In this document: positions 13,101 through 23,843 of the stretch, one piece after another
Layout: every line of letters begins with the position of its first letter
How positions within the stretch are numbered: the stretch's first letter is position 1
Source: Anaeramoeba ignava BMAN
Taxonomy: Eukaryota; Protista; Anaeramoebae
Direction: 5' to 3'
DNA length: 64,000 nucleotides
Assembly: GCA_028826165.1 (NCBI GenBank)
Contig: JAPDFW010000147.1
Coordinates: 790,814 to 854,813 of the forward strand
Translations under genes and position numbers: made by a program
Notes under the pieces: model-generated
Databases searched by the model: none
What the model saw: only the letters and a program-made list of their open reading frames with translations
Told to the model about the DNA's origin: nothing

Positions 13101-16100
13101 TGGATTATTTATTAATTTAATTTTAATTATAATAATAAATATTTATTAAATATAAATTATTTACCCTCTATTTTAATAAAAATAAATAATTAATTTTAAT
13201 AATAATAATTAATAATAATTTAATTTAAAATTTATTTTATTTTAAATTTAAATAATAATATTATTTATTATATTAATATTTTGGTATTATTTATTAATTT
13301 AATTTTTAATTATAATAATAAATATTTATTAAATATAAATTATTTACTCTCTATTTTAATAAAGATAAATAATTAATTTTAATAATAATTAATAATAATT
13401 TAATTTAAAATTAATTTTATTTTTAAATTGAAATAATAATATTATTTATTATATTAATATTTTGGATTATTTATTAATTTAATTTTAATTATAATAATAA
13501 ATATTTATTGAATATAAATTATTTACCACCTATTTTAATAAAAATAAATAATTAATTTTAATAATAATTAATAATAATTTAATTTAAAATTAATTTTATT
13601 TTTAAATTAAAATAATAATATTATTTATTATATTAATATTTTAGATTATTTATTAATTTAATTTTAATTATAATAATAAATATTTATTAAATATAAATTA
13701 TTTACCATCTATTTTAATAAAGATAAATAATTAATTTTTAATAATAATTAATAATAATTTAATTTAAAATTAATTTTATTTTTAAATTTAAATAATAATA
13801 TTATTTATTATATTAATATTTTTGGATTATTTATTAATTTAATTTTAATTATAATAATAAATATTTATTAAATATAAATTATTTACCAACTATTTTAATA
13901 AAAATAAATAATTAATTTTAATAATAATTAATAATAATTTAAATTTAAAATTAATTTTTATTTTTAAATTAAAATAATAATATTATTTATTATATTAATT
14001 ATTTTAGATTATTTATTAATTTAATTTTAATTATAATAATAAATATTTATTAAATATAAATTATTTACCCTCTCTATTTTTAATAAAAGATAAATAATTA
14101 ATTTTAATAATAATTAATAATAATTTAATTTAAAATTAATTTTATTTTAAATTTAAAAATAATAATATTATTTATTATATTAATATTTTGGATTATTTAT
14201 TAATTTAATTTTAATTATAATAATAAATATTTATTAAATATAATTTATTTACTATCTATTTTAATAAAAATAAATAATTAATTTTAATAATAATTAATAA
14301 TAATTTAATTTAAAATTAATTTTATTTTTAAATTTAAATAATAATATTATTTATTATATTAATATTTTAGATTATTTATTAATTTAATTTTAATAATAAT
14401 AATAAATATTTATTGAATATAAATTATTTACTCACTATTTTAATAAAGATAAATAATTAATTTTAATAATAATTAATAATAATTTAATTTAAAATTAATT
14501 TTATTTTTAAATTTAAATAATAATATTATTTATTATATTAATATTTTGGATTATTTATTAATTTAATTTTAATTATAATAATAAATATTTATTAAATATA
14601 AATTATTTTACCATCTATTTTAATAAATATAAATAATTAATTTTAATAATAATTAATAATAATTTAATTTAAAATTAATTTTTATTTTTAAATTGAAATA
14701 ATAATATTATTTATTATATTAATATTTTGGATTATTTATTAATTTAATTTTAATTATAATAATAAATATTTATTAAATATAAATTATTTACCATCTATTT
14801 TAATAAAGATAAATAATTAATTTTAATAATAATTAATAATAATTTAATCTAAAATTAATTTTATTTTTAAATTTAAATAATAATATTATTTATTATATTA
14901 ATATTTTGGATTATTTATTAATTTAATTTTAATTATAATAATAAATATTTATTAAATATAAATTATTTACCATCTATTTTAATAAAAGATAAATAATTAA
15001 TTTTAATAATAATTAATAAAATAATTTAATTTAAAATTAATTTTATTTTTAAATTTAAATAATAATATTATTTATTATATTAATATTTTGGATTATTTAT
15101 TAATTTAATTTTAATTATAATAATAAATATTTATTGAATATAAATTATTTACCCTCTTATTTTAATAAAAATAAATAATTAATTTTTTTAATAATAATTA
15201 ATAATAATTTAATTTAAAATTAATTTTATTTTTAAATTGAAATAATAATATTATTGATTATATTAATTATTTGGATTATTTATTAATTTAATTTTAATTA
15301 TAATAATAAATATTTATTAAATATAAATTATTTACCATCTATTTTAATAAAAATAAATAATTAATTTTAATAATAATTAATAATAATTTAATTTAAAATT
15401 AATTTTATTTTAAATTTAAATAATAATATTATTTATTATATTAATATTTTGGATTATTTATTAATTTAATTTTAATTATAATAATAAATATTTATTGAAT
15501 ATAAAAATTATTTATATTTACATCCAAACCATGGACCATAACTTAAACTAGAATAAATTGCATAATTTTGTTTATATGTAAACTTTTCTGGTTTTCTATC
15601 TCCTTTATCATTTCTTAATGAAAAAATAAATGCATTTGAATCATTAATGTCTCCTGTATTTCCATTAAATCCAACTTGAGTAAAACCTCCAAAAATAAAA
15701 TTATCTTTTGTTTTGATAATAACTAATGTTTTTCCTTTCTTATCAACTGCTTTATGCCATTTTTTAGCATTAAATCCATCTTTTTTTGCTGAAAATCCTT
15801 TTTTCATTTTAGAAAAAAAATCATTATCATTTATCCATTCTTGTAATTTCTTAACATATTCAATATCTTTAATAATTCTTGTTTCTGAAAATTGAGGAAA
15901 ATTCTTGCTGATTTCTTCCATTTTCCTTTCATATTCCAAATCTTTTTGATATTGATCTCGATATTTATCAAAAATAGGTTGCATTTTCTCAATTTCTTTT
16001 TGATTATCTTGAATAACTTTGTTTTGAATATCAACTAAAAAAGATTTAGGAAAAAAATCAAATTGTTTTAATTTATCAAAATCTTGTTTTGAAATTGAAT

Positions 16101-16863
16101 CTTTATCAAATAATGAAAAAAAAGAATGAAATAATCTTTTCTTTTCAATTCCCTTTTCTTTTTCTTTTTCTTTTTCTTTCTTTCCTTTTAATCTTTCATT
16201 TCTTTTTTCAATCCAATTATTTAAAAATTGAAAAAAATCAAATTGAAAAATTTCTTTTTTTTCTTGTTTAAATTGAATAAATTTGATAATTTCTTCTTTA
16301 GTTAAATTGAATAAATTTTCATTATTTTGAATTTGGGAAAAATTTTGATTTATTAATTCAAAACATTTTATTTCAATTTCATTTAGTTTTAAATTTCGAT
16401 TTTGGAATAAAAATTGGAAAAAATTTGAATAATTAATTGAATTTGAAATTTTTTTTTGAATAATTTCTTTCAATAAATTTAATTTAAAATAAATTGAAAT
16501 TTCTAATAATTGGATAAGATTTTCTTGATTCTCAAAAGAAATATTTCCATAATAAATATAACTCAAAATTGATTCCATTTCTTTTTTATTAAATTGATTT
16601 AAAGAAATAGAAAGAGATTCTTGCCTTAATGACTCATTAAAAAAAGGAGATCTTGAAGATAAAATTGATTTATGAACTTTAATTTCAAAAGGATTTGATT
16701 TATTCTCAACAAAAATTGAAAAATCTTTAAATGAATTTCCATTTAAAAGGTTTGAATAATCTTTAATTAAATTTTTTGTTACTTTTTTTTCTAAATTTTT
16801 CATTTCATTTTCATTTTGATTTTGATTTGCATTTTCAATTTGGTTGTTATTATTATTATCCAT
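10121..16863 (-). CDS. BTB/POZ-TLDc domain protein; exon 1 16863-15522, terminal exon 10284-10121, intervening micro-exon/intron array
   Basis: BTB: DFSIFV..IKVHKSILSSRSPFF. TLDc: FSAKKDGF..WHKAVDKKGKTLVIIKT..FIFGGFT..AFIFSL..YGPWFG|YDILVNSKLQSGCSNFGKSYNLP..YLAGSYNKWVVDELETYFI-stop. Donor GGAT|GTAAAT at 15521 and acceptor TTATAG|AT at 10285 join in phase 1. Confidence 0.92.
10285..15521 (-). repeat. Tandem array of 29 ~176-nt intron-like units (GTAAAT...AAATAG) separated by 28 variable 3-nt micro-exon-like spacers
   Basis: Period about 178-184 nt. On + every junction reads ...attattTAC-nnn-CTatttt..., i.e. AG|NNN|GT on the coding strand. Confidence 0.93.
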
Positions 16864-17271
16864 TGTTTTTTGTTTTTTGTTTTTTGTGTTTTTGTGTTTT
16901 TGTTTTTTGTTGTTTTTTTGTTTTTGTTTTAAAAAAAAAAGGAAAAAAATGAAAAAAAAAAATGGATTTTGAAAATAAATAAAAATATAAAAATGAGAAT
17001 AAATTTAAATTAATAATTAATTTAATTTTCTTTTTAATTTATTATTTTAAATTAATTTATTAATAAATTATTATTATTTTTATTAATTTTTATTATTAAA
17101 AAAAAGGAAAATTATTTTAATTTAATTTTTAATTTAATTTTTTTTTTGGAATTTAAAAATTATTAATAAATTTAAATTTTAAAAACAAATTTCTAAATTA
17201 ATATTAATTCAATTTAATTCAAAAAGATAAAATTTTTAATTTCAAAAATCAATTTTCTCAAGAAATATTTT

Positions 17272-17965
17272 TAAATAATAAAATATTTAAATCTAAAAAC
17301 ATTAAATTATTTTTTTTAATAATAAAATTAAATATTAAAATTATATTTTTAAATTAATTTATAAATTAAATATTAAATTAAACCTATTTTCATTTTTATA
17401 TTTATATGTTTTTAATATTTAAATAATAAAATATTTAAATCTAAAACAATAAATTATTATTTTAATAATAAAATTAAATATTAAATTATATTTTTAAATT
17501 AATTTATAAATTAAATATTAAATCAAATCTATTCTTATTTTTATATTTATATGTTAAATATTTAAATAATAAAAAATATTTAAATCTAAAAACATTAAAT
17601 TATTATTTTTTTAATAATAAAATTAAATATTAAATTATATTTTTAAATTAATTTATAAATTAAATATTAAATTAAATCTATTTTCATTTTTATATTTTTA
17701 TGTTAAATATTTAAATAAGAAAATATTTAAATCTAAAACATTAAATTATTATTTTAATAATAAAATTAAATATTAAATTATATTTTTAAATTAATTTATA
17801 AATTAAATATTAAATTAAATCTATTCTCATTTTTCATATTTTATATGTTAAATATTTAAATAATAAAATATTTAAATATAAAACATTAAATTATTATTTT
17901 AATAATAAAATTAAATATTAAATTATATTTTTAAATTAATTTATAAATTAAATATTAAATTAAAC
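17272..17965. repeat. ~146-nt AT-rich tandem repeat (about 4.7 copies) in the divergent intergenic region
   Basis: The unit start aaataataaaatatttaaatctaaaac recurs near 17272, 17421, 17563, 17712 and 17857. Confidence 0.85.
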
Positions 17966-18030
17966 TGATTTCATTTTTCATTTTTCATTTTTCATTTTCA
18001 AATTTTTATTTTTTAAATTGTTTTAATAAA

Positions 18031-20571
18031 ATGAATTCTTTAGAAAATTGTTTAAAACTTCTTTCAGGTGAAACAAATGAAGAAAAATTTGCAGGACTTT
18101 TTTTAGTAACTAAAATTATTAAAAATGACGATCAAGTTACAATAAAGAAAGTAGCAGAAGCAGTTGGACTTGATTTTGTTACAAAATTATTAAATTCTAA
18201 ATCAAGTAAGTTTATAATTTAATTTAAAAAAAAATTCAATTAAAAATAAATTATTTTTTTTTAAATTTAAGTTGAAGAAGAATCAAATATTCAAGCAGAA
18301 CTTGGACTTCATATTATTTCTGCGTTTGTTTTAGATCCAGAACTTGCACAAGCTTCACAAATGAAAAAAACGGTTTTTCCAGTTTTATTAAATTTTTTAG
18401 GAGATCAAAAAGAAGAATTACAACAAGATTTTGTTATTGAATCATTTAAAATATTAAATTATATATTATATTATAATCCTGAAGATCGAGGATTAATACA
18501 TTTTATTCAAAATTCAGAAGCAGTTGAAAATGCTTTTATTGGATTTTTACGTTTAGAAGATGAAGGTAAGAAATAATTGAAAAAATTAATTTAAATTTAA
18601 ATTTAAATCAAAAAATTAATTCAAAATTAAAAAAAAATATTTTTAGAGGAAACTCTTTTAAATACAATTTATGTAATCCAAATACTCTTCCGTCTTTTAA
18701 ATGATCAAAATTCTATCAAAAAACAAATTTGTCATGCTCTTCTTTCTAGACTTACTAAAATTTTCAAAGAAAATCAATCAGAACTTAAATTTATCGTTTT
18801 AGATTTTCTTGTTGATTTATTGTTTTCACAAGGAAGTTTTCGAATTGAATCAAAAGAAATAGAAAATGAAACATTAAATAATCTTCGCGAAGGAATTAAA
18901 AATATATTGATAAATTTAGTAGGACAAACACAAAGAGAACAAACATTTAAACTTATAGCTGGATGTTTAACAAAATTTGGAGAATCATGGGCAATTGAAC
19001 AAGAAGAAGAAGAAAAATCAAATGATAATAATAATAATAATGATATTAATATTGAGATTGAAAATGAAAATGAAATTCAACAAAAAAAAAATATTCAACA
19101 AAAATCATCCAATTTAAAATTTGAAGAAAAAAACAAAAAAGTGCAAAAAAACTCAGAATTTATTGAATTATTTATTCGGTTAACTTATATTGAAATTCGA
19201 CTTATTTTGGAGGATTATGAACACGAACAAATCAAAATCAACACATATTTGCCTTATTTACTTTTGATAATGGAGCATTCAACAAACTTTCTTTCATTAG
19301 AACGGTCTGAATTTGAAGGATTACGAAGCAAACAAACAAAAACAAAAATAGCAGCAAAATGGATTGATTTGGCAAATTTTGAGTTGAGTAAGGTTCACTC
19401 AGTTATGCTTGAAACATTAAGTGTTGTGATTCAATTTCTCAAGTTAATTGAACATGATGAAAAGATTTGGCAGCCTCTTTTGTATTCTCTTTCACCAGTT
19501 ATCCGTATTTTTGGATTGTGGATGACACATAAAAATATATCAAACCGACAAGATGTCATTTCGCTTATTCCTTTTATCACCAAAATCATTTCTAAATCAG
19601 GAGAATTTTCAAACGATTTGGTTGCGTTTATTCTTCCTGGAATATTTCATATAAGCTCAAAAGAGAAAGAAGAACAAAATTTATTTGCAAATGAAGAACT
19701 GATGGAATTGGTAGTCTCGTTTGCTAATAATAATCTCAATGAATTGATGCAGGAAAACTACCAGAAAGGCAACCAAGAGGAATTAATTGGATCTATTTTT
19801 GGAACGTTGTTAAATTTAGTCAAATATATTATTTATCACATTAACAAAGTTAAATCGGAACAAAAAAATCTCCTTTTAAATCTCCAAAAATTACAGCCAA
19901 CAATTTTGAGATCAATCAAAATGACTCAAGAAATTTTCAACCAGAAAAACATTATGGAAAATAAGGAAATTGTTGGTATTAGTTTTGTTGGATCTTATTT
20001 ATCTGCTCTTGTTGCTTCAATGCTTAGATTGGGTTCTATTTTTGATGAAATGTATTCTCCAGCATTTTTTGTTCATGAATATTTATATCGAATTTTAATT
20101 TTCAAAACACAAAGTCAAGATTCATCCATTTGGGAAAATTGCCGTGTTTTTTGGTTATCCACAATTACAGAATTAGGGCATTTTATGGCGACATTTTCAC
20201 ATTCAAAATCAAAATCAAAACCAAAATCCATTTCGAATTCAATTGCAAAATTAAATTTAAATTCAAATCAAAATTCAAATCAAAATCAAAATTCAAATTC
20301 AAATTCAAATTCAAATTCAAATTTTGATTACTTACCTTTATTAATTAAATCAGGTTGGATTCAAGATTTCCTTTTAATTCTTGATTCAAACAAAGAACAT
20401 TTTTTACTTAGATTTTCTGATCAAGAATTAATTGATTCTATTGATTTTTTCTTTTCTTCTTTAGTTTTAATAGGAAAAAATGAAATTAAAAAATACATTT
20501 TAGAAAAAAAAGGAATTGAAATTGCAGAAATGTATAAATTAAAATTATTAAAGAAAGAATTAGAAAAATAA
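18031..20571 (+). CDS. NCDN: Neurochondrin-family ARM-like protein (3 exons)
   Basis: N-terminus LENCLKLLSGETNEEKFAGLFLVTK is typical of neurochondrin; also LTYIEIRLILE. Introns 18206-18271 and 18566-18646 keep the frame. Confidence 0.8.
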
Positions 20572-20727
20572 AATTAAAAAGAAAATTTAAAAATAAAATT
20601 TAAAAAGAATTTAAAAAGAATTTCTTTGTTTTATTTTTGAATTCAAAAATTTAAAAATGAAAAAAATGAAAAATGAAAAATTTTTGAATGAAATTTTTGA
20701 TTGAAATTTTTGATTGAATGTTTTTTT

Positions 20728-23334
20728 TTAATATTCGAGTTTTTTTGGAATTTCCCAAGAAAATTCTTCTCTTCCAAAATGACCATAAGTTGAAGTTTTT
20801 GTATAAATAGGATTCAAAAGACCCAATTCCTTAATAATATAAAAAGGACGTAAATCAAAGTTCTTTTTAATAATTTCAACAAGTTTTCGATCAGAAACTT
20901 TTCCAGTACCATAAGAATCAACAAAAATAGAAAGAGGCTCAGAAACACCTATTGAGTAAGAAACCTGGACAAGACAACGCTTAGCCAAACCAGCATGAAC
21001 AATTGATTTAGCGATCCAACGACAAGCATAAGCAGCGGAACGATCAACTTTTGATGGATCTTTTCCAGAAAAGCAACCACCACCATGAGCACCCCATCCA
21101 CCATATGTATCCACAATAATCTTGCGACCTTGAAAACGAAAAAAAACACAAAGAATAACTTGTTAAGTGGGTTTTATTGAGATCCAAACCCAAAAAAAAA
21201 AATCCTCGCTCAACCAGCTCGATTCAAGATTGATCTTGATCATGCTGTTTCGTGAAAGGACACGGAAACAATAACCCGTGCCGAAGAAAGTATGTTTTTA
21301 ATCAAGAAGAAGAAGAGAAAAGTTCTTGAAGGAACTGGTTGGCTTGGCAAAAATTAAAAAGGGGTTAAAAAATGGGAAAAAATTTTTTTTTTTTTGCGAA
21401 TTTTTTTTGCGAATTTTTTTTTTATGAAGAAGAAGAAAAAAATTAGAAATAAAACGAAATAAATACCTGTAAGTCCTGCGTCTCCAAGAGGACCTCCCTC
21501 AACAAATTTTCCTGAGGGATTTAAATGGTAAACAGTTTTGTCATCTAAGTACTTTTCAGGGATAACTGGGGTGATCACTTCGCGTTTAAGATCTTCGCGA
21601 ATTTTTTGGTTGTCAACTTCCTCGACATGTTGGGTCGAGATGAGGACTGTATGAACTCGCACTGGCGTGAGGCTTCCGTCTTGATTCTTTTTGTATTCGA
21701 CGGTAATTTGCGTTTTCCCGTCAGGAAGCATCCATGGAAGGATATTTTTCTTCCGCACCTCAGCTAAGCGCATTGCCAGCTGAGATGCAAGCCAATGCGA
21801 GAGTGGCATATAATTTGGTGTCTCGTCTGTTGCATACCCAAACATTATCCCTTGATCTCCTGCTGTCATATCTTCTGGTTTTTTATCTTTGTGTACTGCT
21901 TGTGCTATTTGTCCGTTTTGTTCTTCTATTGCTACTAATACGTTGCATGTTCGTGAGTCAAATCCTTTTTTGGAATCGTCGTATCCAATTTCTCGGATTT
22001 TGTTTCGGATGATTTTTTGGTAATCTAAATGTGCTGTTGTTGAGATTTCTCCAAATACTAATACCATTCCTGTTTTAACAGCGCATTCTTTATTAATTTT
22101 ATTTAATTTTATTTAAATTTATATAAATAATTTTATTTAATTTTATTTAAATTTTATATAAATAATTTTAATTAATTTTATATAAATAATTTTAATTAAT
22201 TTTATATAAATAATTTTAATTAATTTTATATAAATAATTTTAATTAATTTTATATAAATAATTTTAATTAATTTTATATAATTAATTTTAATTAAATTTA
22301 TATAATTAATTTTATTTAATTTTATATAAATAATTTATTTAAATTTATATAATTAATTCTAATTAAATTTTATATAATTAATTTTATTTAATTTTATATA
22401 AATAATTTTAATTAAATTTATATAATTAATTTTATTTAAATTTATATAAATAATTTTATTTAATTTTATATAATTAATTTTAATTAAATTTATATAAATA
22501 ATTTTAATTAAATTTATATAAATAATTCTAATTAATTTTATACAATTAATTTTAATTAAATTTATATAAATAATTTTATTTAAATTTATATAATAATTTT
22601 ATTTAAATTTATATAATTAATTTTATTTAAATTTATATAAATTAATTTTATTTAATTTTTTTAAATAAATAATTTTATTTAATTTTATATAAATAATTTT
22701 ATTTAATTTTATATAAATAATTTTATTTAATTTTTTATATAAATAATTTTATTTAATTTATATAAATAATTTTTATTTAAATTTATATAAATAATTTTAT
22801 ATTAATTTTAATTTAAATTTATATAAATAATTTTATTTAAATTTATATAATTAATTTTAATTAAATTTATATAATTAATTTTAATTAAATTTATATTAAT
22901 TTTATTTAAATTTATATAATTAATTTTATTTAAATTTATATAATTAATTTTATATAAATAATTTTATTTAAATTTATATAATTAATTTTATATTAATTTT
23001 ATATAAATAATGTTATTTTATATAATTAATTTTATTTAAATTGATGTTCCAAATTGTTACAAAAAAGAAATTATTAATCTTTTTGAAATCTGATTAAAAT
23101 AATTAAAATTTTGTTAATCCAAAAATAATTAAAAAAAAAAATTTTTTTTCTTTCTTTTGTTTTTTTGTTTTTTTTAAATAAATAATTTTTTATTTATTTA
23201 CCACAAGCAACTTTTGAATTAGGATCAACTTTTAAACATTCATCTAAAATAGAATCAGAGATTTGGTCACATATTTTATCAGGATGACCTTCAGTAACTG
23301 ATTCTGAAGAAAATAAAAAATTTCCGTTATCCAT
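20728..23334 (-). CDS. MAT: S-adenosylmethionine synthetase (methionine adenosyltransferase); exons 23334-23202, 22087-21467, 21128-20728
   Basis: [46 protein letters not shown]|[39 protein letters not shown]. Confidence 0.97.
21205..21345 (-). promoter_or_regulatory. Putative structured cis-regulatory RNA in SAM synthetase intron 2
   Basis: Nested sense-strand helices with G-U pairs: CAACCAGUUC/GAGCUGGUUG, UUCAAGA/UCUUGAA, UCUUGAUUA/UGAUCAAGA, GGCACGGG/UCCGUGUC. GC content is far above that of the other introns. Confidence 0.6.
22090..23040. repeat. Intronic ~24-mer AT tandem repeat (MAT intron 1)
   Basis: attaattttatataaataatttta units. Confidence 0.85.
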
Positions 23335-23399
23335 TCTATTGTAAGAAAAAAAAAATGAAAAAGAAAAAAATGAAAAAAAAAAATTTAAAAAATAAAAGC

Positions 23400-23407
23400 T
23401 GAGTCAT
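23400..23407 (-). promoter_or_regulatory. AP-1/Gcn4-type site (ATGACTCA) about 66 bp upstream of the MAT start
   Basis: tgagtcat on + in an otherwise almost GC-free promoter. Confidence 0.35.
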
Positions 23408-23843
23408 AAAAATTGAGTTGTTAAAACTTTTTTTAATTAAAAAATAAAATTAAAATTAAAAAATTAAATTAAAAAAATTAAAAAATTATAAAAAAGGGGT
23501 TCTTTTTTTCCATTTAAAAAATTCAATTAAAAAATAAAATCCAAATCAGAAAAATTTAAGATCAATTTTGATGAAATAATTTTGATCTTTTTCTTTTCAA
23601 TTTTTATTTTAAAAATAAAAGATTATTTTGTAATGAAATTATTTTAAAATTCAATTTCCTTTTTATTTCCTTTTTAAATTAAATTAAAATTCAATTTCCT
23701 TTTTTAGATTAATTTCCTTTTTATTTTAGATTTATTTTGATTAAAATTTTAATTAAAAATAAGAGATTATTTTGTAATGAAATAATATTAGATTAATTTC
23801 CTTTTTATTTTAGATTTATTTTGATTAAAATTTTATTTCTTTT

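Noticed and set aside
10285-15521. CRISPR array or centromeric ~180-bp satellite
   Set aside because: Spacers are only 3 nt, repeats ~176 nt, there are no cas genes and the context is eukaryotic. The array lies precisely within a coding gene and every unit has splice boundaries.
21150-21345. Intronic C/D or H/ACA snoRNA
   Set aside because: No clean RUGAUGA/CUGA pair or two-hairpin H/ACA layout seen. Not called, but not excluded without an Rfam search.
21245-21365. Loose resemblance to bacterial SAM-I (ATCAAGA..GAAGGAACTGG..GGCAA) and SMK (GAAAGGA..TGCC) riboswitch words
   Set aside because: They lie on the + strand, antisense to MAT, and lack the full consensus. The G-U pairs favour the - strand fold.
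23620-23840. Short local duplications downstream of PPWD1
   Set aside because: AT-rich 20-50-nt duplications with no further structure; ordinary slippage.
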